Assembly: GCF_004010195.1 (NCBI RefSeq)
Contig: NC_057719.1
Span: 22,188,896 to 22,252,895, forward strand
From: Chiloscyllium plagiosum
Taxonomy: Eukaryota
Reading direction: 5' to 3'
DNA: 64,000 nt
Below, one piece after another: positions 12,432-25,545 of the stretch. The stretch's first letter is position 1, and each line of letters starts with the position of its first letter. The translations under genes were made by a program, and so were the position numbers. The notes under the pieces are model-generated. The model was not told the origin of the DNA. It saw nothing but the letters and a program-made list of their open reading frames with translations, and did no database searches.

Positions 12432-12745
12432 GTAGTGGAGGGCTCAATCCTAACACAGAATTTATAGCAAACATTTACAGTGTGATGTAATTGAAATTAT
12501 ACATTGAAAAATTGATTGTCTGTTAAGCCTTTCATCTGTTAGAATACCGTGATAGTTTCACTTCTTTCATGTGTAAATCACAAAACCTATTTTAAAAAGT
12601 TGCATTCTCGGGCTAGCTGTTATCATGGTATTCTAATAGATGAAAGGCTTAACAGACAATCAATTTTTCAATGTATAACTTCAGTTACATCACACTGTAA
12701 ATGTTTGCTATAAATTCTGTGTGTTAGGATTGAGCCCTCCACTAC

Positions 12746-12780
12746 CACCTGATGAAGGAGTGACGCTCTGAAAGCTAGTG
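12746..12780 (+). ncRNA. Minimal type I hammerhead ribozyme (CpG-decayed stem II)
   Basis: CAC-CUGAUGA-A-GGAGU-GAC-GCUCU-GAA-AGCU-A-GUG; the two C>T changes leave G-U pairs. Confidence 0.75.
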
Positions 12781-13244
12781 TGCTTCCAATTAAACCTGTT
12801 GGACTATAACCTGGTGTTGTGTGATTTTTAACTTTGTACACCTCAGTCCAACACCAGCATCTCCAAATCATGACTACGTTCGCATAGGCAGTTAATAAAG
12901 GCCAATAAATGCTGGCTTAGCCAGCAACACCAACATCCCTTGAACAAATTAAAGGAATCATTAAGAGGTACACAAGGCTGCTTAAGGCAGAACATGCAAT
13001 TTCAGTGAGACAATGGAGGGGCAGGGGTGTTAGGATGGGTGTGGGGTGGTGTGCACATAGAGAACAAATTGACTTTTACTTATTCCATTCACTGAAAGGT
13101 AAATCAGACAAGATGGTGGAATATCAATAATTGATCATTGCCTTCATTTCCAGTAATGTTTAAAATCTACTTTGATTTTGTTATCGGTAGCTCAAAGTTA
13201 AATGTGTTCTGTCTTTGGACAATTCGTGAGGAAGACAAAAAATG

Positions 13245-13790
13245 TTTTGCATTTATATGTATCTTTTGTAACCTCAGGATGTCCCACAATACTTTAAAGC
13301 TAATTGAGTATTCTTTGAAGTGCAATCACTTTGTTATAAGATGGGAACACGACAGCCGTACTTCAGAAGTCTACAAACTGTAATGTCCAAATATTCTGCT
13401 TTTGTGATGTTGGCAGAGGGTAAATATTGGCCGGGATACTGAGGAGAACTCCATTAATTTTCTTTGAAGTCCTGTCATGGGATGTCCTGGAATGCTTGTG
13501 GAGGACTGATGTAGCCTTAATTTCCCACCTGAAAGATGGCACCTCTGACAGTGCAGTGTTCCCTCAGTATTGCACTGGAGTTTGATTGTAGACTGGAAGG
13601 CAGTTCTGAACATGACCTTCTGAAAGGCTAAAAATCACACAACACCGGGTTATGGTCCACAAGTGCTTCCAATTAAACCTGTTGGACTATAACCTGGTGT
13701 TGTGTGATTTTTAACTTTGTACACCCCAGTCCAACACCGGCATCTCCAAATCATGACTTCTGAAAGGCAGCTGAGTGTTACACCAATTGA
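13245..13790 (-). mobile_element. Deu-domain SINE (SacSINE1/AmnSINE-like), interrupted by a PLE fragment
   Basis: Minus strand reads ctgcactgtcagaggtgccatctttcagg..catcccatgacaggacttcaaaga..ggccaatatttaccctc, matching the Deu-domain as I recall it. Confidence 0.65.
13629..13756 (+). mobile_element. Short PLE family C insertion with inverted 5' piece
   Basis: TSD cttctgaaaggc at 13617-13628 and 13757-13768; same 3' end (catctccaaatcatga) as 12873. Confidence 0.85.
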
Positions 13791-14360
13791 TCCAGGGGGA
13801 TATCAATTTTATGACAAAATAATGTGTAAACCAAAATGCCTGAAAGCAACATTGACTTCTTTCCCACAGTTAGCCATGGAGTTCATCAGCAATGGTCTAA
13901 TATGGTGTCAAAGTACATTTTTTTGTTTCTTCAATCAATGAAAAATGTTTGACGATTGTGTCGGTGACCGAAAAAGTGCAAAATACTGCCATCTGTGAAA
14001 GTAAGCAGTTGTTCAACAAAACATCAACATTCCTCTCTATCATATTATTGTGAACTATTATCTTTGGCCAAATTCTCTACCAAACACATTAGCCTTGCAC
14101 TTTTGAAAAATTGCATGTGGGGAAACATGTTCGAAAATGCAATTAATAATATTTAACCTTTCTGATTCCCGTGTTAATAATTTTAAAATCCAGGGAACAG
14201 AAATAAAAACCCTAAAGCTGATTTTTTCAAAAAATGATTCTCACAGTGAAGCTCGACCGCAGTTTTTGGAATTGGGAGATGAAGGTTGTGATGAGGATTG
14301 ACAGAATAAAACTAAGCATCCGCACTTAAAGATTACGTTGGCGATGCTGTGCCATTTTGA

Positions 14361-16325
14361 TGTCATAGAGTCATAGAGATGTACAGCATGGAAACAGACC
14401 CTTCGGTTCAACCCGTCCATGCCAACCAGACATCCCAACCTAATCTTGTTCCACCTGCCAGCATCCGGCCCATATCTCTCCAAACCCTTCCTATTCATAT
14501 ACCCATCCAAATGCCTTTTAAATGTTGCAATTGTACCAGCCTCCACCACTTCCTCTGGCAGCTCATTTCATACACATACCACGCTCTGGGTGAAAAAGTT
14601 ACCCCGTAGGTCTCTTTTATATCCTTCCTCTCTCACCCTAAACCTATGCCCTCTAGTTCTGGACTCTCTCACCCCAGGGAAAAGACTTTGTCTATTTTTC
14701 CTATCCATGCCCCTCATAATTTTGTAAGGTCATGCCCCTCTATAAGGCCATCTCTCAGCCTCTGATGCTCCAGGGAAAATGGCTCCAGCCTGTTCAGCCT
14801 CTCCTGATAGCTCAAATCCTCCAACCCTGGCAACATCCTTGTAAATCTTTTCTGAACCCTTTCAAGTTTCACAACATCTTTCCGATGGGAAGGAGACCAG
14901 AATTGCATGCAATATTCCAACAGTGGCCTAACCAATATCCTGTACAGTTGTAACATGATCTCCCAACTCCTGTACTCAATACTCTGACTAATAAAAGTAA
15001 GCATACCAAACGCCTTCTTCACTATCCTATCTACCTGTGACTCCACTTTCAAGGAGCTATGAACCTGCACTCCAAGGTCTCTTTGTTCAGCAACACTCTC
15101 TAGGACTTACCATTAAGTATATAAGTCCTGCTAAGATTTGCTTTCCCAAATTCCAGCACCTCACATTTATCTGAATTAAACTCCATCTGCCACTTCTCAG
15201 CCCATTGGCCTATCTGATCAAGATCCTGTTGTAATCTGAGGTAACCTTCTTCGCTGTCCACTATGCCTCCAATTTTGGTGTCATCAGCAAACGTACTAAC
15301 TGTACCTCTTATGCTCGCATCCAAATCACTTAGGTAAATAACGAAAAGTAGAGGACCCAGCACCGATCCTTGTGGCACTCCACTGGTCACAGGCCTCCAG
15401 TCTGAAAAATAAACCTCCACCACCACCCTCTGTCTTCTATCTTTGAGCCAGTTCTGTCTTCAAATGGCTAGCTCTCCCTGTATTCCGTAAGATTTAACCT
15501 TGCTAATCAGTCTCCCATGGGGAACCTTGTTGAACACCTTACTGAATTCCATATAGATCACATCTACCACTCTTCCCTCATCAATCCTCTTTTTTACTTC
15601 TTCAAAAAATTCAATCAAGTTTGTGAGACATGAATTCCCACACACAAAGCCATGTTGACTATCCCTAATCAGTCCTTGCCTTTCCAAATACATGTACATC
15701 CTGTCCCTCAGGATTCTCTCCAACAACTTGGGCGGCACGGTGTCACAGTGGTTAGCACTGCTGCCTCACAGCGCCAGAGACCCGGGTTCAATTCCCGCCT
15801 CAGGCGACTGACTGTGTGGAGTTTGCACATTCTCCCCGTGTCTGCGTGTGTTTCCTCCGGGTGCTCCGGTTTCCTCCCACAGTCCAAAGATGTGCAGGTC
15901 AGGTGAATTGGCCATGCTAAATTGCCAGTAGTGTTAGGTAAGGGGTACATGTAGGGGTATGGGTGGGTTGCGCTTCGGTGGGTCGGTGTGGACTTGTTGG
16001 GCCGAAGGGCCTGTTTCCACACTGTAAGTAATCTAATCTAATCTAATCTTAACTTGCCCACCACCAACATCAGGCTCACTGGTCTATAATTCCCTGGCTT
16101 GTCCTTACTACCCTTCTTAAAGACTTGAACAACATTAGCCAACCTCCAGTCTTCCGGCACCTCACCTGTGACTATCGATGATACAAACATCTCAGCAAGA
16201 GGCCCAGCAATCACTTCACTAGCTTCCCACAGAGTTCTAGGGTACACTTGATCAGGTCCTGGGGATTTATCCACCTTTATGCATTTCAAGACATCCAGCA
16301 CTTCCTTCTCTGTAATATGGACATT
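14361..16325 (-). mobile_element. CR1 (HER1-like) LINE, 5'-truncated, ORF2 RT region
   Basis: KSPGPD, NYRPVSL, SQHGF..SCLTNLIEFF, GVPQGSVLGPLLF, FADDTK; tail (ctatgact)n; frameshifted; SINE inserted at 15730. Confidence 0.95.
15730..16049 (+). mobile_element. HE1-like SINE nested in CR1
   Basis: Full SINE with A/B boxes, V-domain and (ctaat)n tail; TSD aacttg at 15725-15730 and 16051-16056. Confidence 0.92.
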
Positions 16326-16388
16326 TTACTAATGCAAAATACTATTAAATGTCATTTATTTCTCTTTCTGAAACTATTAGTCAACTCG

Positions 16389-16519
16389 TCCTGATAAAGG
16401 GCTTTTGCCCGAAACGTCGATTTTCCTGTTCCTTGGATGCTGTCTGACCTGCTGTGCTTTTCCAGCACCACTCTAATCTAAACTCTGGTTTCCAGCATCT
16501 GCAGTCCTCACTTTTGCCT
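16389..16519 (+). mobile_element. PLE family A pLTR fragment with hammerhead motif (core G>A)
   Basis: tc-CTGATAA-agggc-tttt-gccc-GAAACGTC-ga followed by the family A 3' end ccagcatctgcagtcctcactttt. Confidence 0.8.
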
Positions 16520-18059
16520 AACTAGTTTTATAAACCAGCTTTACACTCTTCACTCAGTCAGAGACAATCTGACTTCTGAACAGCTTTTATTTAAAACAAT
16601 ACTCTCTTGTTTTATGATGCATCAACCATATTTAAGATGCCTATTGTAAAATCCTGAAAAAAATGGATGGTGCAACATTTACCATTACTTTAAATTCAAC
16701 ACCACCTACATATTTTTTATTCATACAAGGAATATGGGTGTCACTGGCTAGGCCAATAAGCAGCGCTCTGAAAGCTAGTGTTTCCAAATAAAACTGCTGG
16801 ACTATAATCTGGTGTTGTGTGATTTTTAACTTTGTAGGTCAGGATTAACTGCTCATCCTTTATTGACTCTTGAACCGAACAGCTTGCCAGGCCATTTCTT
16901 TGGGCAGTTAAGGTCCTTTGGACTTGAAGTCACATGTTGGCCAGACCGGGAAGGGTTGCAGCATTATTTCCCAAATGGGCATCAGTGAACCAGATGGGTA
17001 GATAACATTGGAATAAGTTTTAATTTCATTTTTTTTAGTTGAGCTCAGTAGAAGTTGAATGGAAATTTCTCCACTTGCCATGTTAGGATTAAGACTTATT
17101 TCTATTAAGACAGAAAATTGCTGGCATGTGTGTTTCAATATTAAGATGTTGCTTGTCTGACAGCATCCTTCAGGCCTGTATGAGCATAGAAGAGTGATTG
17201 GGAAATGGGAAGTATAGGTGGTAAGGATCAGAAGATGGAAATGGCAACTAGTAGCATTGAGAACAGAAGTACAGAGGTAACAATACCAGCAATACACGAG
17301 GCATTGGTCCTGGCTGCCTCAGGTCAAACCTTATGTGGTGGGGGCTTCAAATTGATGCATTGACCTTTTCACTTGCAAGTGCATGAGCACCATCCTGATT
17401 TGTTACCCTTTCCCAATATGTTGAGCCTTGTAGTTCCATTGAATCACTAACCTTAAGGTGTACTCATAGCACGCAGCTACCTCTGTATCAATTACCTTCT
17501 GTCGGTACACCAACTGGAACATAGAAGGGACAAGAGCTAGTCAAATGACCAAGCTAATTTTTGACCTCAAGTTCTTTTCAACACTATTACACTATTACTA
17601 AAACAATTTTAGCTTCAGACTTCAGAAGTTTCTTCAAATGTCTCCTCCTGCCTAACAAACAATTACCCCACCTCTTCCAAAATCTGACTTACTTCCTGAC
17701 TGAATGATCCCATTTGTCAGGAGTTAATGGTGTGCACTGGGTCTTAATCCTCTTAGTTCAAAGTCATTAAATTCAAATTATCTGATCATTGAATTTTTTA
17801 AAGCTTTAAATGAGCAATCTCCTATTTTATTGATGTTGCATAATTTGAATAATTCAACAATTTGACTTTTTAAGCAAGAAAGAAGGATAAGAATTTTAGC
17901 AAAGTACAAGAAGACCATTTGGCCCATTATGTCCGTACTGTTTTCCTGAATGAGACTGTAAGAGATCGGAGAAAGTGAGGGCTGCAGATTTGTGGAGAGG
18001 GGAGGAGAACTTCTTCAAGGTAGGCATCAGTGGAAGAGGCTTTGCAGTGAGGTTACAGA

Positions 18060-18600
18060 GACATTAGCAATAGGAGCAGAATTAGGTCATTCGGCAGGTC
18101 AGGTCTGCTCCACTTTTTGGTTATGGCTGATATGTTTCTCAAACCCATTCTCCTGTCTTTTCCTCATAACCCTTGATCCCCTTACTAATCAAGAGCCTAC
18201 CTATCTCTGCCTTAGATACAATTGGTGACTTGGGCTCCATAGCCTTCTGTAGCAATGAATTCCACAGATTTACCATCCTCTGGCTGAAGAAGTTCCTCCT
18301 CACCTCAGTTCGAAAGGTTTGTCCTTCACTCTGACACTGTGCCTTCAGATCCTGTTTTGAACTACTAATGGAAACGTCTTCTCCATATCCACTCTCTCTC
18401 GAGGCCTCTCAGTATTCTGTAATTTCAATCAGATTTCCCATCATCCTTCTAAACGCCATCAAGTACAGACCTCAACTGCTCCTGATGTAACAAACCCTTC
18501 ATTCCCGGGATCATTCTTGTAAAATCTCCACTGGAATCCCCACCAATCCCCAGCACATCCTCCTCAGATATGGGGCTAAAACTGCTTACAATATTCCAAA
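18060..18600 (-). mobile_element. CR1 LINE 3' fragment (continues 19385-19575)
   Basis: FTRMIPGMKGL motif; 3' UTR like the 9700-9878 copy. Confidence 0.8.
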
Positions 18601-19340
18601 GTAGACAGGCAGGAGGTTGGAGAAACACAGCAAGCCAGGTAGCATCAAGAAGTGGAGAAGTCAACGTTTCGGGTATAACCCTTCTTCAGGACGAGGGGTG
18701 GGGTGTAAGGGGACTGCAGATAAAGTGGGAGGGGGCAGGATAGGGGGGTGTGGATGGATGAACACATGTAGAGGGTAGGACCTGGTTAGTTGATGGGAGG
18801 AACGATCCAGTTGGTAGCTGGAATGAAGGGTTGACCAAAGCAATGGGAAGGAGGGTGAGGAGTTGGGAAGGGAGTCAGGGGATGGGAAGGAAGATTATTT
18901 GAAATTGGAGAACTCAATGTTGAGTTCTCCAGACTGTAGGCTGCCCAGGCGGAAGATGATGTCTTGTTCCTCCAATTTACGGTCTGATTCATTGTGGCAG
19001 TGGAGGAGGCCAAGGATGGTCAAAAAGGGGGTGGGAAGGGGAATTAAAATGGGCAGTGACTGAGAGGTCACGTTGGCCCCTGTGGGCCCAGCTGTGATGC
19101 TTGGTGAAACGTGCCCTGAGTTTATGTTTGGTCGCCCCAGTGTAGAGAAGACCACATCGGGACCACCAGATACAGTAAACTAGTTCGGAGGAGAGGCAGG
19201 TGAACCTCTGTCTCACCTGGAAGGACTTTTTTGGGTCCCTGGATGTAGGTGAGGGAGTTGGTGTGCTGGCAGGTTTTGCATCTTTTATTGTTGCAGGGAA
19301 AGTTAGCTGGGGGTTGGGGGTATTGGTAGGGAGACTCATG
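18601..19340 (-). mobile_element. Neptune-type PLE 3' end: Cys linker, GIY-YIG endonuclease, pLTR
   Basis: FPCNNKRCKTC, SFQVRQRFTCLSSELVYCI..RCGLLYTG, HFNSPSH, RKLEEQDIIFRLGSLQSGELNIEF across frameshifted ORFs. Confidence 0.9.
18661..18691 (-). ncRNA. Minimal type I hammerhead ribozyme
   Basis: UC-CUGAAGA-A-GGGU-UAU-ACCC-GAA-ACGU-U-GA. Confidence 0.75.
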
Positions 19341-19587
19341 GTATATTACACCGAGCATCTCAGCCAGGCCCGCAGTGACCAACCATTTTAATGCTTGATA
19401 TCTCCTCAAAGAATTCTAACTGATTTGTCAGGCAGGACCTCCCCTTGACAAAGCCATGCTGACTCAGCCCTATTTTGCCATGCTTTTCCAAGTACTCCAC
19501 AACCTCATCTGAGTAACAGATTCAGAAATGATACCAATGGCCAAGGTCAAGTTAACCAACCTACTGAAAGACAAAAAGGTGGGGTTG

Positions 19588-19706
19588 GGCTTTTGCCCGA
19601 AGCGTCGATTTCACTGCTCCTTGGATGCTGCCTGAACTGCTGTGCTCTTCCAGCACCACTAATCCAGAATCTGGTTTCCAGCATCTGCAGTTATTGTTTT
19701 TACCTC
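19588..19706 (+). mobile_element. PLE family A pLTR fragment
   Basis: gggcttttgcccgaagcgtcgat...ccagcatctgcagttattgtttttacc, matching 2619-2730. Confidence 0.8.
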
Positions 19707-19858
19707 GGTGGGGTTGCCTTGTTAATAAGAAATGAAAATAAATCGATAGCAAGAAGTGATGTAGAGTTGGAAGGCATGTGTGGGTAAAGTTGAGGAACCA
19801 TGAAGGAAAAAAGACCATGGTGGGAGTTATGTGTGGGCCTCCTAGCACTAGTCAGGAA

Positions 19859-20171
19859 GGGCAGCATGGTGACTCAGTGGTTAGCACTGCTGCCTCACAG
19901 TGCCAGGGACCTAGGTACGATTCCAGTCTCGGGTGACTGTGTGGAGTTTGCACATTCTCCCTGTGTCTGCATGGGTTTCCTCCAGGTGCTCCGGTTTCCT
20001 CCCACAGTCCAAAGATGTGCAGGTCAGGTGAATTGGCCATGCTAAATTGCCCAAAGTGTTAGGTGCATTACCAGAGGGAAATGGGTCTGGGTGGGTTACT
20101 CTTCCGAGGGTCGGTGTAGACTTGTTGGACCAAAGGGCCTGTTTCCACATTGTAGAGAATCTAATCTAATC
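19859..20171 (+). mobile_element. HE1-like SINE
   Basis: Full-length SINE consensus features. Confidence 0.9.
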
Positions 20172-20358
20172 CAAAAAAAACCTCAGGAAATAGAAAAGGC
20201 AAATAAGAAAAGCACTATTTCAGCAATCATGCTGAGCTTCAATGTCTCAGTGGACTGGCAAAATCATTTTGGTAGATCCCGAGAAAAGGAATTTGTGGAA
20301 TGTGTAGGAGATGGACATCAGAGAATAGGCAATTCTGGATTTTGTATTATGTGGATTT

Positions 20359-20681
20359 GGGTCGCACGGTGGCACAGTGGTTAGCACTGCTGCCTCACAG
20401 CGCCAGAGACCCAGGTTCAATTCCCGCCTCAAGCAACTGACTGTGTGGAGTTTGCACATTCTCCCCGTGTCTGCGTGGGTTTACTTCGGGTGCTCCGGTT
20501 TCCTCCCACAGTCCAAGGATGTGCAGGTCAGGTGAATTTGCCATGCTAAATTGCCTGTAGTGTTAGGTAAGGGGTAAATGTAGGAGTATGGGTGGGTTGC
20601 GCTTCGGCGGGGCGGTGTGGACTTGTTGGGCCGAAGGGCCTGTTTCCACACTGTAAGTAATCTAATCTAATCTAATCTAAT
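20359..20681 (+). mobile_element. HE1-like SINE
   Basis: Full-length with (taatc)n tail. Confidence 0.92.
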
Positions 20682-22282
20682 GAGGCAAACTTGATTAGTG
20701 AGTTTAAGATGAATAAACCTCTTTGGGGACAGTGATCATAATATGACTCCAATTCACTCTGCAGTTTGAGAGTGAATTGCTGGAAGCAAACGTAATGGTA
20801 TTGCAATTGAGTAAAGGTAACCACAAAGAGGGAGGAGCTGGCCAGGATAGATTGGAAGGGGAGCTTAGCAGGGAAGACAATGGAGCAGCATTGGCAGGAG
20901 GCACAGGAGAAATTCATCCCAAGGAAGAAGAAATATACTAAGGGGAGGATGAGGCAACCATGACTGACAAGGGAGGTCAGGGACAGCATAAAAGCCAAAA
21001 AAAAGCATATAAGATGGTAAAACTTCATGGGATGCCAGAGGATTGGGAAGTCTTTAAAAACCAGCAGAAGAAAGCTAAAAAAGCAAAAAGAGGGGAGGAG
21101 ATGCAGTATGAAAGTAAGCTAGCTTGTAATATAAAAAAGAATGGACAAGTTTTTGTTAGATATATAAAAGGTAAGAGATAGGCAAGAATGAACATTGAAC
21201 CACTGGAAAATTCAGCTGGAGAAGTAGTAATAGGGAAGAAATAAAAAGCAGAGGAACCGAAAAGATACTTTGCAACAGTCTTCATGGTGGAAGGTACCAG
21301 TAGCACACCAGAATTTCAAAGAGGGCAGGGGGCAAAAGTGAGTATGCCAGCCATCACTAAGGAGAAGGTGCTGGCAAGCTGAAAGGTCTGAAGTAGGCTA
21401 ACCCACCCGTACCAGATGGATTCCACTCCACAGTCCTGAAGGAGATTGGAGGCATTGGTGGTGATCTTTCAGGAATTGTCGGAGTCTGAAAGGCTGCCAG
21501 AGGACTGGAAAATGGCGAGTGTACCACTCCTGTCTAGTGCTATTCTTTTGTATTCTCCCTAAATATAACGCTGCACACAGTTCGTTTTTCAAACAACATT
21601 AAGTTATCAAAATTGAGTGGATAAAATCGTTCAATGAAATCGCTTTTTCAATTATGACACATCCTGGTTAGACTGAGTATTTCTGACCCATATTTTGAAA
21701 AAGGTTTCTTCTTTGAGGCAGCTGGAAGAAATAAATCCTGATCTTGGCAGAAAATGTAATTAAATGCTGGAAGAGCAATTGCTTAGATGGTGAGAAAGTA
21801 AGTTGGAAGGAAGAACTATTGAGGGTGGAATATAGGCTGTTAAATAAAATTAAATTTCCAGCAATTTCACATACGTATTTTCCATATTTGCTTAATTTAC
21901 ACCACTTATGGGTGAGTTTTAACTATCCCCAACATGGCCTATATTATTTCAGCAGAACTGGATTTATAGCCTACGTGAATTATTACCTCTTTGCTGAGAT
22001 AAATTGCCAGCTCCCTGAGGATATAGCTATTTTGATTAACCTTCTTCAACATGCTACAACATACCTCTGAACTAGATGAGACTTGAACACAGATCGTCTG
22101 GCCCAGTGTTTGGGACGCTGCTGCTGCATTCACAAGATCCAAGCCTGCAGATATATTCTTAATATATTCTTCCCCTTTCCCGGTACCAGTCATTCATTGT
22201 CTCTTAAAGAGAGTCACCAGCAGAATTCTGGTACAACAATTTACCATTTTGTGACTCTGATAAAGATTGATAAAGACTCTGA

Positions 22283-22611
22283 TAAAAATAGCCAGAGATT
22301 TTTCCCCATGACAGGGTTGACTGGCATGAGAGGTCATAGTTTGAAGATATTAGAAGGAAGGTATAGAGGAGACATCAGAGGTAGGTTCTTTACGCAGAGA
22401 GTTGTGAATGCATGGAATGTGTTGCCAGCGGTCGTTGTGGAAGCAAAGTCATTCGAGACATTTAAGCGACTGCTGGACATGCACATGGACAGCAGTGAAT
22501 TGAGGGGTATGTAGGTTAGGTTATTTTACTTTATGTTAGGACTAACCCTTGGCACAACATCATGGGCCGAAGGACCTGTTCTATGCTGTATTTTTCTATG
22601 TTCTATGTTCT
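22283..22611 (+). mobile_element. CR1 3' end (same subfamily as 37113-41090)
   Basis: RGHSLKILEGRYRGDIRGRFFTQRVVNAWN; tail (ttctatg)n. Confidence 0.9.
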
Positions 22612-22899
22612 TACCTTTATCGGATTTTAAAAAGAAAATCAGTCCCTGCACTTCCAAGACTTATGTTGTAGCTACATGAGAAAGTACATTAAACAAGAGG
22701 TTTTAATTTGAGCAATTGAGACTCAGTCAAATATATATACTACAGAATGGGAAACATGCTTGAATACTATATAATTTAATTTAGTATGATAATGTTGGGC
22801 TGTGTTCAATAGAAGGGGCTGAGTCCTACTTCTATCTCTGAGTGGCATCAAGTTTGATTTGAAGGTTTTGTCGCTGCAAGGCCCTGTGAGTTCTCTTGC

Positions 22900-24780
22900 A
22901 GTATCTTACTAAACTCACCACATTAATTTGTCTACTTTCTACTCCACCTTACCATGCATACTTCCCACAACAATTTGCCACTCTGCATATATCCATCAAA
23001 ACACTGCCATCCCTTGTGCTCATGTGTCTGTAAAACATCACAGTTCTTCTCAATGAGCAATGACATTCTGAAGCTGTGCTACTCGTCCAGAAGATGTCAA
23101 GAGAAGGAGACATTGGCACTACATCTCCACGGCTGGGAATATGAAATCCCTAGCTGATGGGGGTAGTGTAGAGGATAGCCTTCTTCATCCCAGGGAGCAC
23201 CAGAGGAGGCTAATCATCAGATTCTGCCAACCTGGTCTGAGGTCACTGCTCAGAGGGTATGGAGGAACAACCCAGGGTAAAAACATTATCTCACTTTCTG
23301 TCCATGGATGCTGCTGACCCGTCATGATGTCTAGCAATTTTCTTCAGTTCATCTTCTCAGGTCTGCCAGGGTAAATGCCAATCTCTTCTCTCTGCCACTG
23401 CACACGCCTCCCACCAAGTCTCACACTCTAGTGCTGTTACTACTGTCTGCACCATCTTCCCTCACCCATTCTCCCTTCAGCCTCCCACAACATTAGCTCT
23501 GCATGCTCTCTGCGCTGCCTCCTCAGTACTTTGCTATATCATAGCCCATTCCCCATTTACACCACACCTCGCCACACTCTGTTATCTCACTCATTGACAT
23601 GCCCAGCTCTGCAATCTCCCTTTTAAACATTTCCCAGAGCCTACATCCCCAGGTCCTGTGGCTGCAACTGCTTTTTCACTCCCTTGTCCCCAAACCCCAT
23701 TCCTTCAGTTTCTGAAGACAGACCCAATGGACTGACAGATGTCCAGACCCCTGACTGGTTCCTTTGAATGTCCCCGACTGCAATAGCTCTACTTCCTGAA
23801 ATGGCTACTACATCTTCAATGGACTGACCAGGGACCACTCTCTGGTTAAGTCAAGGCCTGGACCAACTGAACAAGAACACAGCCGCCTGATTGTGGCCAA
23901 TTCCCTGGATTACAGTGCCAGGAAACCCCTGTCTGATGGGCGGCTCCATGAACCCCACTAAGGACTCCTCCCTGTAAATATGGTGGGTGCTTTCGCCATA
24001 AGCTGCTGGCACATGGAGCATTTGTGATATTGAAGTGGCACACCACGATACAGCAAGGTTTGTACCCTCTTGGCTGATTGCTTAGCCGCAAAACAAGCTG
24101 TCTTGTTGTTTGATGTGCTAATCGGCAAGGCAGGAGCAAACAAGTAGGCACTAAGTAAGCAAGCCCTAAGAGAGCGCGTGAGCACCCCTAAAATGCAGCA
24201 TACCTCAGTCTTGAGTGCCAACCTCAGAGCTGGGCCAGCCTGTCACAGAATGTCCTCACTGCAGCCTTTGAATGGAAGTTGCTGTTGCGCCCACCAATGC
24301 AAGTGTGCGCTGAGATCATGCTACCAGTGAGTAGTAAAATTGCAAGGATCGTCAAGGTGGTCTGGCAGCAGATGTCAATGTCCTTGAAGGAAGTGTGAGT
24401 AGAGCTAGTGCTTGCATATCTCGCCTGAGCTGCAGTTTGCTCTCAGGCCAAACAGAGGTATTCGGCATCAAGTGGTGAGCTCAACCCACCAGGTACATGT
24501 TCTGGTTTCCTTGTCGAGCTTTCCCAATATCAAGCTTGTTTGACAAGTTTGGTAAGATGTGGATGTGAATATTAATAAGGTGAATTGTGGTATTAACAAG
24601 GCATTAATCCCCATCTATTGGCTGGTTGCTGCTGCATAGCGAGAACCTCACCATGCCACATTGGAAAAGCATGAAAGACAGAGCAAGATCTCAGTGTCGA
24701 GATGGACCTTGCCTAACTCAGCCACACATTTGCCAAAGCCCATGTCACTTAGATCTCTATAAGAATCAACCTGTGGCTTT
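22900..24780. mobile_element. Probable Harbinger-related remnant with Myb/SANT-like fragments
   Basis: GC-richer block; PTWSEVTAQ..HLLRSAR (~23230-23370, +) and MAKAPTIFTG (~24000, -) resemble Harbinger Myb-like protein fragments; heavily decayed. Confidence 0.4.
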
Positions 24781-25415
24781 TAGTGAAGTGAGTTTAAGAT
24801 ATCTACCTACAATGAATATGCCTCATGGTAGAGGTCACATGACTATGGCAGATGAGGAGAGATGTTTGTAGCTGATTGCATTTAATTCCAAACAGTTTGC
24901 ACTTGTGACTCTCAGCCCAGTTCGATTTTGGATGTTTGTGCCTAATCCATTGTATGCAACTGAAATGGCTACTATGTTAAAATGCATTTAAAACTGTTGA
25001 GCTTATTAGTGCCAATGATAATGGGTTTGGAAATTAAGCCTCATCTTGGAACCTGAGTGTAACACATTTAAGATGTTATTATTCCAAGATCTGCTTTAGG
25101 TCAGTAGCTAAAGCAACCAGGCATAGTATGTAAAACTAATCCGATTTTCTTTTGGTGAATAAATAATGTAAATGAGATACAGTTGAATAGCAATAATTCG
25201 ATGTTTGGAATAAGGAGATTAGTCATTTAACCAATACAATGCAGTTGTGGTCTTCTATTATCCATAACATGTAAACTAATGTTACTAAATGATAATTGCA
25301 ACCTCTACTCAGTCAGAAACACAATTAAACTTTTACCTCCTGTTTAAGCTTGCAGTGTAAATAGTCTTTGAGCAACATTTAATAAGTAAGTTGCAACAAT
25401 AGCTTTTTCGAATAA

Positions 25416-25545
25416 AGTTAAAATCACATAAGACCAGGTTATACTCCAACAGGTTTAATTGGAAGCACTAGCTTTCGGAGCGCCGCTCCTTCATCAGGTG
25501 GTTGTGGAGCATAAGATTGTAAGACACAGAATTTATAGCAAAATT
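25416..25545 (-). mobile_element. PLE family C pLTR fragment with intact hammerhead (25466-25500)
   Basis: CAC-CUGAUGA-A-GGAGC-GGC-GCUCC-GAA-AGCU-A-GUG within sequence matching 12345-12470. Confidence 0.85.

Larger units (their letters stand above)
12345..12873. mobile_element. PLE (family C) insertion: ~210-bp inverted pLTR arms plus ~40-nt tail
   Basis: Arms 12345-12554 and 12621-12832 are near-perfect reverse complements; TSD ctacattctcatag (12332-12345) / ctacgttcgcatag (12874-12887). Confidence 0.85.
19707..21535 (+). mobile_element. Degraded CR1 ORF2 (APE and tether), interrupted by two SINEs
   Basis: GGVALLIRNE, QEIEKA, VDWQNH..EKEFVEC, PLWDSDHN-like, PEDWEVFKNQQK, PEDWKMA motifs. 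Confidence 0.8.

Noticed and set aside
12345..12873. MITE/DNA transposon interpretation of the inverted repeats
   Set aside because: An asymmetric tail, long variable TSDs, variable arm length and hammerhead motifs indicate PLE retrotransposition.
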